A DNA stretch of 64,000 nucleotides from an uncultured Rubrivirga sp. (GTDB lineage: Bacteria > Actinomycetota > Actinomycetes > S36-B12): NCBI GenBank assembly GCA_964385255.1, contig CAYLOH010000006.1:9368-73367 (forward strand), in the 5' to 3' direction. The notes under the pieces were generated by a model, which was given only the letters and a program-made list of their open reading frames with translations, had not been told where the DNA came from and made no database searches. The position numbers and the translations under genes are program-made. Every line of letters starts with the position of its first letter. Position 1 is the stretch's first letter. Positions 37,182 through 48,407 of this stretch are shown here, piece by piece.

Positions 37182-37913
37182 CTAGGGAGCCACTCGACCC
37201 GCGGCGACGAACGCCTCATGGGTGATGGGCATCAAACGGGCGAAGTGCTCTTCGTACGCCTCGGCGACCATCTCGATCTCCCGTTGGGGATAACTGGGAT
37301 AGGTCGAGTTGTCGGCTTTGCGACGCAGGGACAGGAAGTTCATCAGCGCCCGAGCGTTCATGGTCACGTATGCGGAGGAGTAGATGGTGACTGGCAGCAC
37401 CATGCGTGCAACCTCGCGCGCGATTCCTGCGTCCAGCATGCGCTTGTACTGTGCGTAGGCAACCTCACAGGACTCACGAACCGCGCTGTCGATGAGCTCG
37501 TACTGCTCGGGAGTACCGGGATGGAATTCGTAGGCGCCTGGCTTACCGGCTTGGACCACCGCGCGATCGCGATCCGGAACGTAGAAGATTGGGCGCAGTT
37601 CCCGATAACGCCCCGACTCCTCATTGTAACTGGCGATGCGATGACGCATGTGCTCCCGCCACACGAAGATCGGCGCCTGAACGAAGAAGGTCATGGAGTT
37701 GTGCTCGAAGGGACTGCCATGACGTTCCCGCATCAGGTAGCGGATCAAGCCGGCGGAGCGCTCGGCATCCGCATCGACATCCTCGACACTCGCCTCGCCG
37801 ACCGTGGAGACGCGCGCGGCGAAGACCACATCGGAATCGTGTGCACTCGCCCTGACCAGTTCCACCGTCACATCGCTACGGAATTCGATGGGAGTCGCGG
37901 CGCCTGCGTTCAC
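37182..37913 (-). CDS. thyX: FAD-dependent thymidylate synthase
   Basis: The ThyX motif is REHMRHRIASYNEESGRY (RHRxxSxxxxS). Confidence 0.93.
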   Translation of the reverse strand: MNAGAATPIEFRSDVTVELVRASAHDSDVVFAARVSTVGEASVEDVDADAERSAGLIRYLMRERHGSPFEHNSMTFFVQAPIFVWREHMRHRIASYNEESGRYRELRPIFYVPDRDRAVVQAGKPGAYEFHPGTPEQYELIDSAVRESCEVAYAQYKRMLDAGIAREVARMVLPVTIYSSAYVTMNARALMNFLSLRRKADNSTYPSYPQREIEMVAEAYEEHFARLMPITHEAFVAAGRVAP

Positions 37914-37965
37914 GGGTGAACCCTATCCACGCGGGGAGGGACACCGACCACGACACAATGGCGGT

Positions 37966-38511
37966 GTGGACCAACACGCCAACGCAGGTTTCGTGCGCGA
38001 TGCCACCGCCGGCGACGCGGCCACGATCGCCACGATCCAATCGACGTGCTGGTCCCAGGACTATCAGTGGCCCGAGGAATTCCACGCCGCGCTCCGCGAA
38101 AGCGACCCGGAGATGCAGTGGGCACGGGCGGTGATCGCTCCACCTGGGCCCGGCTACCGCGTCATCGTCGCCACCCACGACTCGCAGGTGGTCGGCTATG
38201 CAGCCCTCGCACCCTCGCAGGACGGCGACGCTCAACCCGGCGAAGTGGAGATCGTCGCCTGGGAGGTGACGCCCACCCACCGCGGGCACGGCCACGGCAG
38301 CCGCCTGCTCGCAGCACTCGCCGATCACGCGGCGAAGCTCGGGGCGCATACGTTGACCATCTGGATCGCACCCCGAGACGAATCGCGTCGCTTCCTGCTC
38401 CAGGACGCCGGCTTCGCTCCCGACGGCGCCCATCGCACCATCCAGATCGTTGCCGGTTGGGACGCCGATGAACTGTCCTTGCGCCAGGTGCGATTGCAGT
38501 GCGCGGTTTAA
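37966..38511 (+). CDS. GNAT family N-acetyltransferase
   Basis: The acetyl-CoA motif is VTPTHRGHGHGSRLLAAL. The start is uncertain (GTG 37966 is in frame, and other GTG codons lie downstream). Confidence 0.7.
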   Translation: MDQHANAGFVRDATAGDAATIATIQSTCWSQDYQWPEEFHAALRESDPEMQWARAVIAPPGPGYRVIVATHDSQVVGYAALAPSQDGDAQPGEVEIVAWEVTPTHRGHGHGSRLLAALADHAAKLGAHTLTIWIAPRDESRRFLLQDAGFAPDGAHRTIQIVAGWDADELSLRQVRLQCAV

Positions 38512-38535
38512 CAGCGCGGTCTAATCGCGCCCAAT

Positions 38536-38562
38536 GCCGGCGACTCCCCCGCGGACGCCGGC
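38536..38562 (+). terminator. Candidate hairpin terminator after the GNAT gene
   Basis: GCCGGCG-N13-CGCCGGC forms a 7-bp stem followed by ACCCTTAT. A second hairpin, GTCCCC-loop-GGGGAC, lies at 38607-38624. Confidence 0.35.
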
Positions 38563-38661
38563 ACCCTTATCGTGGCCGACCGCCATCATCGGGGCCAGCG
38601 CGCGTCGTCCCCATTTGGGGGGACATCATTCGTTGGTGAACGACCCGGCGGCGTGCGCCGC

Positions 38662-39306
38662 CTACTCCTCGATCAGGCCGTCGTTGCGCGCGGCCGCGTA
38701 CAACTCGGTGCGGGTGCGCGCCGTTCGCCCCACGGCCGCGTACTTGCCACGCACCCGATCCAGGTACTCCTTGGCGGTATGCGGGGAGATGCCCATCTTG
38801 TGGGCTACGGCAGTCATGGTGAGGCCGGACGCGTACAAGCGAAGGGCGACGGCCTCGCGCGGGCTCAGCTCTGGTGTCTCGACCGCCGCGGACAGGATCG
38901 ACGCGAGATCGACGGTCAGGAACAACTCGTCGTTGGCCACGGTGGTCAGACCCTCGACGAGAACTTCCAAGGAGACGCGCTTGGGTACGAAGCCCAGGGC
39001 GCCGGCAACCAAACCGGCTCGAATACACCGCGCGTCCTCGAATGCGCTGATCAGCAGGACACCGATGCCTGCGGACACGAAGGCATGCACCGACACCTCG
39101 ACCCGCGGCGCCGACGGCCCGAGGTCGACGTCCAACAGGGCAACGCTGGGTCGGGCGTTCAAGCAGGCCTGTGGGTCGTCGCCGCAGTACACGACCTCGG
39201 CGATCGGCGCATCCGGTCCGACGAGCAACGACTGCAGTCCTTGTCGAACCAACTCGTGGTCTTCGACGATGCCCACGGTGAGTGTGGGTTCCACTGACTC
39301 AGCCAT
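38662..39306 (-). CDS. NarL/LuxR-family response regulator
   Basis: ATG 39306 overlaps the kinase stop (ATGGCTGA). The receiver has ED, the LLDVD phospho-Asp, S (LLISAF) and K (GFVPK). The C-terminus is a LuxR HTH (LSPREAVALRLYASGLTMTAVAHKMGISPHTAKEYL). Confidence 0.85.
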   Translation of the reverse strand: MAESVEPTLTVGIVEDHELVRQGLQSLLVGPDAPIAEVVYCGDDPQACLNARPSVALLDVDLGPSAPRVEVSVHAFVSAGIGVLLISAFEDARCIRAGLVAGALGFVPKRVSLEVLVEGLTTVANDELFLTVDLASILSAAVETPELSPREAVALRLYASGLTMTAVAHKMGISPHTAKEYLDRVRGKYAAVGRTARTRTELYAAARNDGLIEE

Positions 39307-41578
39307 CCTCGGATCGTGGCCCATTCCCTGCATCGAGGGAAGCCACCGCCGATATTGACCCACCGGCGCAACGTTCCTCCAGGGACACCAGGCCCGAATC
39401 TGCGTCGAGAACCTCGACGCCGCGGGGCACGTTGGCCACGGCGTCATCACGCAGCTGCACCACGAGTCGAAAGACGCAGCCGACGGCGTCCCGGGTGATG
39501 CTCGCCCGCGCTTGCGATCCATCGCGGGCAAGGAACAGCAGTGACTGCGCCACGTCCTGAGACGTCAAACGTGCGTCGCCCGAGACGTCCTCGACGCAGG
39601 TGATGGTCAAGTCGACGCCTGCATCCCGCGCCGCGGCCGCCAAAGACACCAGATCGCGGTGCACTCCGATGCTCTCCGGATGCAACTTGATGACCGATCG
39701 CAGCATCCGCTCCTCCCGTACACACAGTTCCCTCACCCGCTCGTCGCGAGGATCCAGACTTCCGGCTGCCAGCCCCTCGAGCAGTTCGATGAGGCCGGAG
39801 GTGTCTACGTCCTGATACCGACTGCGCGTGCGGGCCAACCGGTGCTGCGATGCCGCCAGCGCTCCTCGCTCGAGGATGGCCTCGCGATCCATTTCCCGGG
39901 TCCGAGCATCAGCACGACGCAACTGCAGTCCCAATAACGCACCGACAACGATGACGAACATTCCCGGCTGCGTGAGTTCGATCCAATGCAACTCCTGCGC
40001 AACGAACCAGGATGCGACCGCCGCGGGGAAGGCCCACACCGGGCCCGTCGCCACGACGACGAAGAGCAACGCCGCCCCGGCTTCGGAGGTCCAATCGCCC
40101 GTGGGATTAGGAGCAGCCTCGGTGAGCCGTTCGAGTTGTGTCATCACGGGCACCCCCACTGCGACGACCACCACCACCCACCATGGCATCAACGTCTCGT
40201 GCGTTGTGCGGGCGGCGATCAGCACCACCGCGGACACGGCGATGAAAAGTGCCGCCGTCGCCGCGTTCGCAGCAGGTGAGGCCGCGTACTGCCAGGTAGC
40301 TGCGATCGTGTAGAGCGTGAATGCGGTGAATGCGGTGACAACCGGTAGTGCGATCGCACGCAGGTAGCCGCCCTCGAGGTCGGCGACACCGGCCGATGCA
40401 CTCGGCACCGGTACTTCGATGGTGACTTCGGTTCCGTCCGAGGAAAGGATCGCCACTCGCCCACCGTGGGCGCGGATTGCCTCCTCCACGACCGATTGCA
40501 GGCCGAAGCCGCGATCGTTCGCATCGAATCCGCGACCATCGTCGCGCACCCCTACACGCCACCACGTTTGTCCCTGCACCGTCCTGACCTCGCCGTGCAC
40601 CTCGACGCGCGAGGCCTGGGCATGTCGTGCGACGTTGATCAGTGCCTCGCGGACGGCGCTTCCCATAGCGGTGTACGGGCCAGCGCCGATACGCGAGTCG
40701 ATGGCATCGAGCGCACCCGAGACGTGCACGTTGACGCCAGCGCTCTCCAGATCCACGATCGCGCCAGCCAGGTCTATGCGTAGATCCCCCTCCCAGCGTG
40801 CGGCGACGTCGGTTCCGTCGGCGATGGACTGCAAGACCTCTGCGGACTCCGCCGCCCGCTTCCGCAGACGCGCGGTGGTTGCTTCGTCGTGGTCGAAACC
40901 ACCGCGGACGATGGCCGTCAAAGTGTTGAGCACCGTCTCGTGCAACCGCGTCTCTGCCGCGGTGACCGCGGCATCGGTCAACTCATTCGCTGCTCGGATG
41001 CGCTGTTGCCGGGACAGGCGATCTTCGGACGCGTCCTGAGTTCGCGCGGTACCCAGTAACGCGTGTCGGGCGGCGACGCTCGCCAACCCCAACGTCAGTG
41101 CGTACGCGGGGTAGACCAGGTCGACGACCAGTGGCCACGCATCAGCATTCTGTGCATACACGGCCACGATCACGATGACCTCGACGCTGACCACTGCGAT
41201 CACTACCGCCAGGCCTGTGCGTCGGTCGAGATAGAGCCCCGCCAGGCCGGTGCCCAGATTCAGCACCGATGCGCCCACGAACCACCCGTCCGCACCGACC
41301 GCCGAGGAGTCCGCCAACAGCAACAAGCCAGCGACAACCACCAGCAACATCGAGGTCACCTGCGCAACGCGCAACCGGCGCCGAGAACGCCAGCGTCCAA
41401 AGAGCGAGGGCCAGAGCACCAGCCACGCAACCATGGACGCACCGAGCACGATCACGGCAGGTTCGCTCGGGTTGTCGGCCACGATGCGTCGCACCGTGGC
41501 GTCGCCTACCAACCACAGCGCCTGCCATGCGGCCGCGAATATCGCCAGACCCCGCACGATGGCGTCCGCGCGACTCAC
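39299..41578 (-). CDS. Sensor histidine kinase (HisKA_3/NarX-DesK type) with a second, degenerate membrane-plus-cytoplasmic module
   Basis: GTG 41578 overlaps the flavoprotein stop (GTGA). Module 1 has about 6 TM helices, the H-box RLHETVLNTLTAI, the N-box EALINVARHA, G1 DDGRGF and G2 GFGLQS. Module 2 has about 5 more TM helices and about 230 aa that lack the N and G boxes. Confidence 0.8.
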   Translation of the reverse strand: MSRADAIVRGLAIFAAAWQALWLVGDATVRRIVADNPSEPAVIVLGASMVAWLVLWPSLFGRWRSRRRLRVAQVTSMLLVVVAGLLLLADSSAVGADGWFVGASVLNLGTGLAGLYLDRRTGLAVVIAVVSVEVIVIVAVYAQNADAWPLVVDLVYPAYALTLGLASVAARHALLGTARTQDASEDRLSRQQRIRAANELTDAAVTAAETRLHETVLNTLTAIVRGGFDHDEATTARLRKRAAESAEVLQSIADGTDVAARWEGDLRIDLAGAIVDLESAGVNVHVSGALDAIDSRIGAGPYTAMGSAVREALINVARHAQASRVEVHGEVRTVQGQTWWRVGVRDDGRGFDANDRGFGLQSVVEEAIRAHGGRVAILSSDGTEVTIEVPVPSASAGVADLEGGYLRAIALPVVTAFTAFTLYTIAATWQYAASPAANAATAALFIAVSAVVLIAARTTHETLMPWWVVVVVAVGVPVMTQLERLTEAAPNPTGDWTSEAGAALLFVVVATGPVWAFPAAVASWFVAQELHWIELTQPGMFVIVVGALLGLQLRRADARTREMDREAILERGALAASQHRLARTRSRYQDVDTSGLIELLEGLAAGSLDPRDERVRELCVREERMLRSVIKLHPESIGVHRDLVSLAAAARDAGVDLTITCVEDVSGDARLTSQDVAQSLLFLARDGSQARASITRDAVGCVFRLVVQLRDDAVANVPRGVEVLDADSGLVSLEERCAGGSISAVASLDAGNGPRSEDG

Positions 41579-43182
41579 GCAACTGCTCCGGGATTCATGA
41601 CGCCATTCGGATCGACGGCGCGCTTCACCGCGTGGAGGACGTCCATTCCGATGGTGCCGATCTGCTGGGGCAACCAGTCCCGGTGGTCGCGTCCCACGCC
41701 ATGATGATGACTCACTGCGCCTCCCGCGGCCAGGATGGCATCGGTGATGTGCGTCTTGGCCCTTCTCCATCGCTGCGCCGCGTCCTCAGGTTCGGACCAC
41801 CCAGCGGCCAATACCGTGAAGTACACCGACGCCCCGGTGTCGTAGGTGTGGGAGATGTGCGCCATCACGTAACTGCGCGGACCCACCGCCTGGTGCGCGG
41901 CTGCCTGTACCGATTCATGCAACCTGGCCACAGCGGACCACGAGGTGACCGTCTCGAACGTCTCGACCAGATAACCCTCGTCCATGAGGTCATCGCGCAG
42001 GTACGGACCGTGGAACCTGCCGCGCTCCCAGGCTCGCCCGGGCGCCGACCCCAGCCAGATCGCGTCACGCAGCACTCCTCGGGCGAACTCGCGCGCCGCC
42101 GCCACGACAGCCGGTGAGTCGTCTTCCCAACCGAGGATGATCAAGGACCCCGGAACGCCACGACGCGCCCGCAGATAGGCATCGACGGCGGCGCCCAGCA
42201 GCCCTGGTCGTCGCGACATGGTCATGAGTGCGGCAGTCTCCGGTTCGTCGGATGCCCGCAGCACCGTCGGTCGCAAGGGCGAACGGGTGAGCTCGCGCAC
42301 TGCGGAAATCGCGCGAACGAACGGCCCGGGGACCAGCGCGGCGGCGTACTGACGGATACCGGGGCGCCGGCGCAGTCGCAGGTGCGCCGACGTGATCACG
42401 CCGAGCGTTCCCTCACTGCCCAACACCAGGTGTCGAAGATCCGGCCCACTCGATGTAGCGGGGAAACCGCCGACGTCCCAGGTGCCGACGGGGGTGGCGA
42501 CCCGCGCGCCCAGAAGCATGTCCTCGATACGGCCGTAACCGCCGGAGGCTTGACCGGAACTTCGGGCGGCGATGTACCCACCGATACTGGCCCGCTCCCA
42601 TGATTGCGGGAAGTGTCCGAGGGTCCACCCGCTCTCGGCCAGCCGTGGCTCGATGGCGGGCCCGGTGATTCCCGATTCCACGTGGGCGATACCCGATTCG
42701 GTGTCGACGTCGATCACCCGATTCAACGATCGCGTCGACACGACGATCGAACGCGCCGCCGGCGACGCAGTTATCGCACCCGTCACCGATGTGGCGCCCC
42801 CGACAGGCACAACGGCGATGCCCTCTGCGGAGCACGTGCGCAGCACTTCGACCACGTGCTCATGGGAACGCGGGAACACGACCGCGTCGGGCGCGCTGAT
42901 CGGTTCGCCCGCGCTTCTCCACTCCAGCATGTCCGGGTAGGACATGCCGCGCGCATGCCGCGCGCGAACCGGATCGTCCACGCCCACGTCGAGTCCCGGG
43001 AAGAGGCGAGCCAGTTCGGCGCCGGTGAACCGCGAGGGCAGGAGTGCTCGCATATGCGGTTCGGGTGCACGGCTGGGATCACCGAGGTGTTCGCGCGCAA
43101 AAGCCCTGGTTCGGGGGTCCAGGCCGACGGGCGGCTCGTGACCCGATGGCCCCCATCGACCCGGAGGTGAGTCCGTGGCCAT
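41575..43182 (-). CDS. FAD-linked oxidase, alkyldihydroxyacetone-phosphate synthase (AGPS)/GlcD-like
   Basis: 535 aa with a FAD_binding_4 N-domain (AVVFPRSHEHVVEVLRTCSAEGIAVVPVGGATSVTG) and a C-terminal HHHGVGRDH. Confidence 0.8.
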   Translation of the reverse strand: MATDSPPGRWGPSGHEPPVGLDPRTRAFAREHLGDPSRAPEPHMRALLPSRFTGAELARLFPGLDVGVDDPVRARHARGMSYPDMLEWRSAGEPISAPDAVVFPRSHEHVVEVLRTCSAEGIAVVPVGGATSVTGAITASPAARSIVVSTRSLNRVIDVDTESGIAHVESGITGPAIEPRLAESGWTLGHFPQSWERASIGGYIAARSSGQASGGYGRIEDMLLGARVATPVGTWDVGGFPATSSGPDLRHLVLGSEGTLGVITSAHLRLRRRPGIRQYAAALVPGPFVRAISAVRELTRSPLRPTVLRASDEPETAALMTMSRRPGLLGAAVDAYLRARRGVPGSLIILGWEDDSPAVVAAAREFARGVLRDAIWLGSAPGRAWERGRFHGPYLRDDLMDEGYLVETFETVTSWSAVARLHESVQAAAHQAVGPRSYVMAHISHTYDTGASVYFTVLAAGWSEPEDAAQRWRRAKTHITDAILAAGGAVSHHHGVGRDHRDWLPQQIGTIGMDVLHAVKRAVDPNGVMNPGAVA

Positions 43183-43259
43183 GCCGCGAAGCCTGCCATG
43201 GTCGGCTACGTTCCCGCGGGTACCGTTGCGCTCGAGTCGATGACGCAGGGAAAGGTGCG

Positions 43260-44846
43260 ATGACGGTCACGTTCCCGCGGATAGGCGATCCGGCGGCCGA
43301 CCTCACCTGGGCCCGCCGCGAACGCGAGCTTGCCGAAGTGTCGGACATGACCACGCCCGTCGATCTGGTTGTGATCGGGGGTGGCATCACCGGGGTCGGA
43401 GTGGCCCTGGACGCAGCAAGTCGCGGACTATCGACGGTACTGATCGAACGACACGATCTGGCGTTCGGGACATCACGGTGGTCGAGCAAGCTCGTGCATG
43501 GAGGACTGCGCTATCTGGCGACTGGCCACGTGGACGTGGCCTGGGAGAGTGCGGTCGAGCGCGGACATCTGATGTCGACGATCGCCCCCCACTTGATCCG
43601 TGCACTGCCCCAGGTGATTCCCCTGATGACCGACACGAGCATCGCACGTGCGGCGCTCGCCCGCGCCGGCCTCGCCGCGGGCGACATGCTGCGAACCCTG
43701 GCGCGTACGTCCAGTCGCGTATTGCCACCGGCACACCTGTTGTCGGCGTCTCGCGTGCGAACGCTTGCTCCCGGAATCGATGACAGCCGGCTGCGCGCCG
43801 GGATCATGGCGTGGGATGGCCAACTGGTGGACGACGCCCGCCTGGTCGTCGCCGTCGCTCGAACGGCAGCGTCCTTCGGGGCACGCGTCATCACGCGTGT
43901 CGAGGCACTGGAAGTGGAAGGCCATCGCGTGGTCGCCCGCGACACCACGACCGGTTCCACGCTCGACATCCGCACCCGGGCGGTTATCGCAGCGACCGGA
44001 GTGTGGGCGGGGGAACTCGACCCGAGTGTGCAGGTTCGTCCCTCGCGGGGAACCCATGTCCTGTTCGACGCGCGGCGCCTGGGCAACCCGATCGCCGCCG
44101 TGACTATCCCGGTCTCGGGGATGTCCGGTCGTTACTGCTTCCTACTCCCCCGGCCAGACGACATGGTCCTTGCCGGAATCACCGACATCGCCGTCGACCG
44201 TATCGATGACATTCCGAAGGCACCGAACGACGACGTCGACTGGATCATCGACCAAGTCAATACGGTCCTACGCGAACCGCTGACGCGCGACGACGTCCTG
44301 GGCTCCTTCGCCGGACTGCGCCCGTTGGTCACCGCCGCGGGCACGGCCGCCGTTGAGGCGACGTCGGACATCTCGCGCAAGCACCTGGTCACCACGGACG
44401 ATCGCGGTGTCATCACCATCACCGGCGGCAAACTCACCACGTACCGACGCATGGCCGCCGACGCTGTCGACCTGGTCACGGACGAACCGTGCCGCACCAC
44501 CCACATCGCACTCGTCGGCGCCAGTCCTGGCGCATCGAGGCGTTCACCCGGGTTCTTCGACCCCGATCCGTTGGTGATGCGCTACGGAGCCGAGGCCGAG
44601 CGCGTTCGTGCGCTGGCTGCCGTGCTGCCCGATCCGGACACCGCGCTGATGCCGGTCACCCCACACACATCCGTGGCGCGCGTGGATATCGCGCACGCGC
44701 TGCTGCACGAGGGCGCGAAGGACGTCGACGACGTGGTGTACCGGCGACTGCGATTGGACGACGTGGATGCCGACGTGCCCGATGCTTGCGCGGTGGTCGC
44801 CGAAGTGCTGGACGCCGTGACACCTACGTCTGCGAGCACGTCCTGA
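43260..44846 (+). CDS. glpD: Glycerol-3-phosphate dehydrogenase (FAD-dependent)
   Basis: ATG 43260 follows a GGGAAAGG Shine-Dalgarno. The sequence contains DLVVIGGGITGVGVALDAASRG...TSRWSSKLVHGGLRYL. Confidence 0.9.
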   Translation: MTVTFPRIGDPAADLTWARRERELAEVSDMTTPVDLVVIGGGITGVGVALDAASRGLSTVLIERHDLAFGTSRWSSKLVHGGLRYLATGHVDVAWESAVERGHLMSTIAPHLIRALPQVIPLMTDTSIARAALARAGLAAGDMLRTLARTSSRVLPPAHLLSASRVRTLAPGIDDSRLRAGIMAWDGQLVDDARLVVAVARTAASFGARVITRVEALEVEGHRVVARDTTTGSTLDIRTRAVIAATGVWAGELDPSVQVRPSRGTHVLFDARRLGNPIAAVTIPVSGMSGRYCFLLPRPDDMVLAGITDIAVDRIDDIPKAPNDDVDWIIDQVNTVLREPLTRDDVLGSFAGLRPLVTAAGTAAVEATSDISRKHLVTTDDRGVITITGGKLTTYRRMAADAVDLVTDEPCRTTHIALVGASPGASRRSPGFFDPDPLVMRYGAEAERVRALAAVLPDPDTALMPVTPHTSVARVDIAHALLHEGAKDVDDVVYRRLRLDDVDADVPDACAVVAEVLDAVTPTSASTS

Positions 44847-45553
44847 ACGCTGACTCCTCCACGGCCGACGAACCCCTGCGGCCGATCACCGTCAATGCGA
44901 TAGGCATCGGCGTAGCGACCGGTGCGTACGGCCTGTCCTTCGGTGCGATCTCGGTGGCCAGCGGGTTGGACCTGTGGCAGACCCAGGCTTTGAGTTTGGG
45001 CATGTTCACCGGGGCGTCGCAATTCGCACTCGTCGGTGTCCTAGGTGCCGGTGGTGGCACCCTCGCGGCGGTGCTGACTGCCCTACTTCTGGGGGCACGC
45101 AATTCCCTGTACGCCTTGAGTTTGCGTCCGATCCTGACGGATGGCCGGACTTCGTGGTGGCGAACCCTCGGTCGAGCACAGATCACCATCGACGAATCGA
45201 CCGCTATGGCTATTCGCTACCCGGCGGGTTCCCGCGCCGCCTCGCACGCGTTCTGGACCACCGGCGTGGCGATCTTCGTGCTGTGGAACGTCGGCACCCT
45301 CATCGGCGCCTTGGGTGCCACCGCCCTGGACGATCCGCGCGTGCTCGGGCTCGACGCCGCCGTGCCAGCCGGATTCATTGCGCTGCTCTGGCCGAGGTTG
45401 CGCGATCGATTCGCCGTCTCGTTGGCGATCGTCAGCGCGGTGGTGGCAATCGCGTTGGTACCCGTTCTGCAGCCAGGTCTGCCCGTTCTGTCGGCGGCGC
45501 TGGTCGCGGTGATCGCCGAACGCTGGCTGGCCCGATCCGAGGGATCGTCATGA
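44786..45553 (+). CDS. azlC: AzlC family branched-chain amino acid permease subunit
   Basis: The AzlC-like core is GIGVATGAYGLSFGAISVASGLDLWQTQALSLGMFTGASQFALVG. No ATG or GTG lies between the glpD stop and the conserved core. TTG 44786 (inside glpD) or CTG 44843 are the only candidate starts. Confidence 0.7.
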   Translation: MRGGRRSAGRRDTYVCEHVLNADSSTADEPLRPITVNAIGIGVATGAYGLSFGAISVASGLDLWQTQALSLGMFTGASQFALVGVLGAGGGTLAAVLTALLLGARNSLYALSLRPILTDGRTSWWRTLGRAQITIDESTAMAIRYPAGSRAASHAFWTTGVAIFVLWNVGTLIGALGATALDDPRVLGLDAAVPAGFIALLWPRLRDRFAVSLAIVSAVVAIALVPVLQPGLPVLSAALVAVIAERWLARSEGSS

Positions 45554-45861
45554 TCTGGCCCGCCGTCATCATCGGTTCGATCGGTGCCTACCTGCTCAAG
45601 TTGACGGGGTACGTCATCCCGGCTCGCGTGTTGGAGAACCCGCGGCTGCGACGGCTCACCGCTTTGCTGCCCATCGCCCTACTAGCCGCACTCGTGGGTG
45701 TGCAGACCTTTTCCACCGGCACCGCGCTGCAGATAGATGCACGGCTTGCCGGATTGGTCGCGGCGGTCATCGCGCTGGCCCTGCGCGCACCCTTCCTGGT
45801 GGTGGTTCTCATCGCCGCGGTCACGGCGGCTCTCTTGCGCGCGAGCGGACTAGCTCCCTGA
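45550..45861 (+). CDS. azlD: AzlD family branched-chain amino acid transport protein
   Basis: 103 aa with 3-4 TM helices and an ATGA overlap with azlC. Confidence 0.8.
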   Translation: MIWPAVIIGSIGAYLLKLTGYVIPARVLENPRLRRLTALLPIALLAALVGVQTFSTGTALQIDARLAGLVAAVIALALRAPFLVVVLIAAVTAALLRASGLAP

Positions 45862-46308
45862 TCCGGACGCGAAGAGCGCCGCGGCCCGGCGCATCGCCGA
45901 TCGAGCCCGCTTGCGGTCGCGGGCGTCCTCGTAGGCGATGGCCAAACGGAACCATGCTCGCCAGTCGTTCGGGCGTTCATGCACATCCTCGGCGAAACGT
46001 TCGAATGCTTCGTCGGCGTCGGCCTTCGTTGGGCGCCCCGACGCAGTCACCTCTCCCCGATACTCCGGCAAGGCGCCTTCGCGAGCGAGGGTCTGACCCA
46101 TCTGACGGGTGCGCCACCCGAACCACAGTTCCCGCACGATCAATGCCACACCCAGGATCGGGATAACCACGATCGAAACCCCGAAGAGGATTTGGACCGG
46201 ATCACCCGACGCGAACAGCACCCACGCACGGGTGATCGCCAAGAACGCATACGCTCCGGAACCAACCACCATCAGCGCGGTGAACGTCCACACAACCTTC
46301 AGATTCAT
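45850..46308 (-). CDS. Membrane protein of unknown function (2 TM helices plus a TPR-like C-terminal helix pair)
   Basis: 152 aa with two TM helices (VVWTFTALMVVGSGAYAFLAI and ILFGVSIVVIPILGVALIV). The C-terminus reads WRAWFRLAIAYEDARDRKRARSAMRRAAALF. Confidence 0.6.
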   Translation of the reverse strand: MNLKVVWTFTALMVVGSGAYAFLAITRAWVLFASGDPVQILFGVSIVVIPILGVALIVRELWFGWRTRQMGQTLAREGALPEYRGEVTASGRPTKADADEAFERFAEDVHERPNDWRAWFRLAIAYEDARDRKRARSAMRRAAALFASGSGS

Positions 46309-46320
46309 CGCCGCGCCGCG

Positions 46321-48404
<2,084 letters not shown>

Positions 48405-48407
48405 CGA

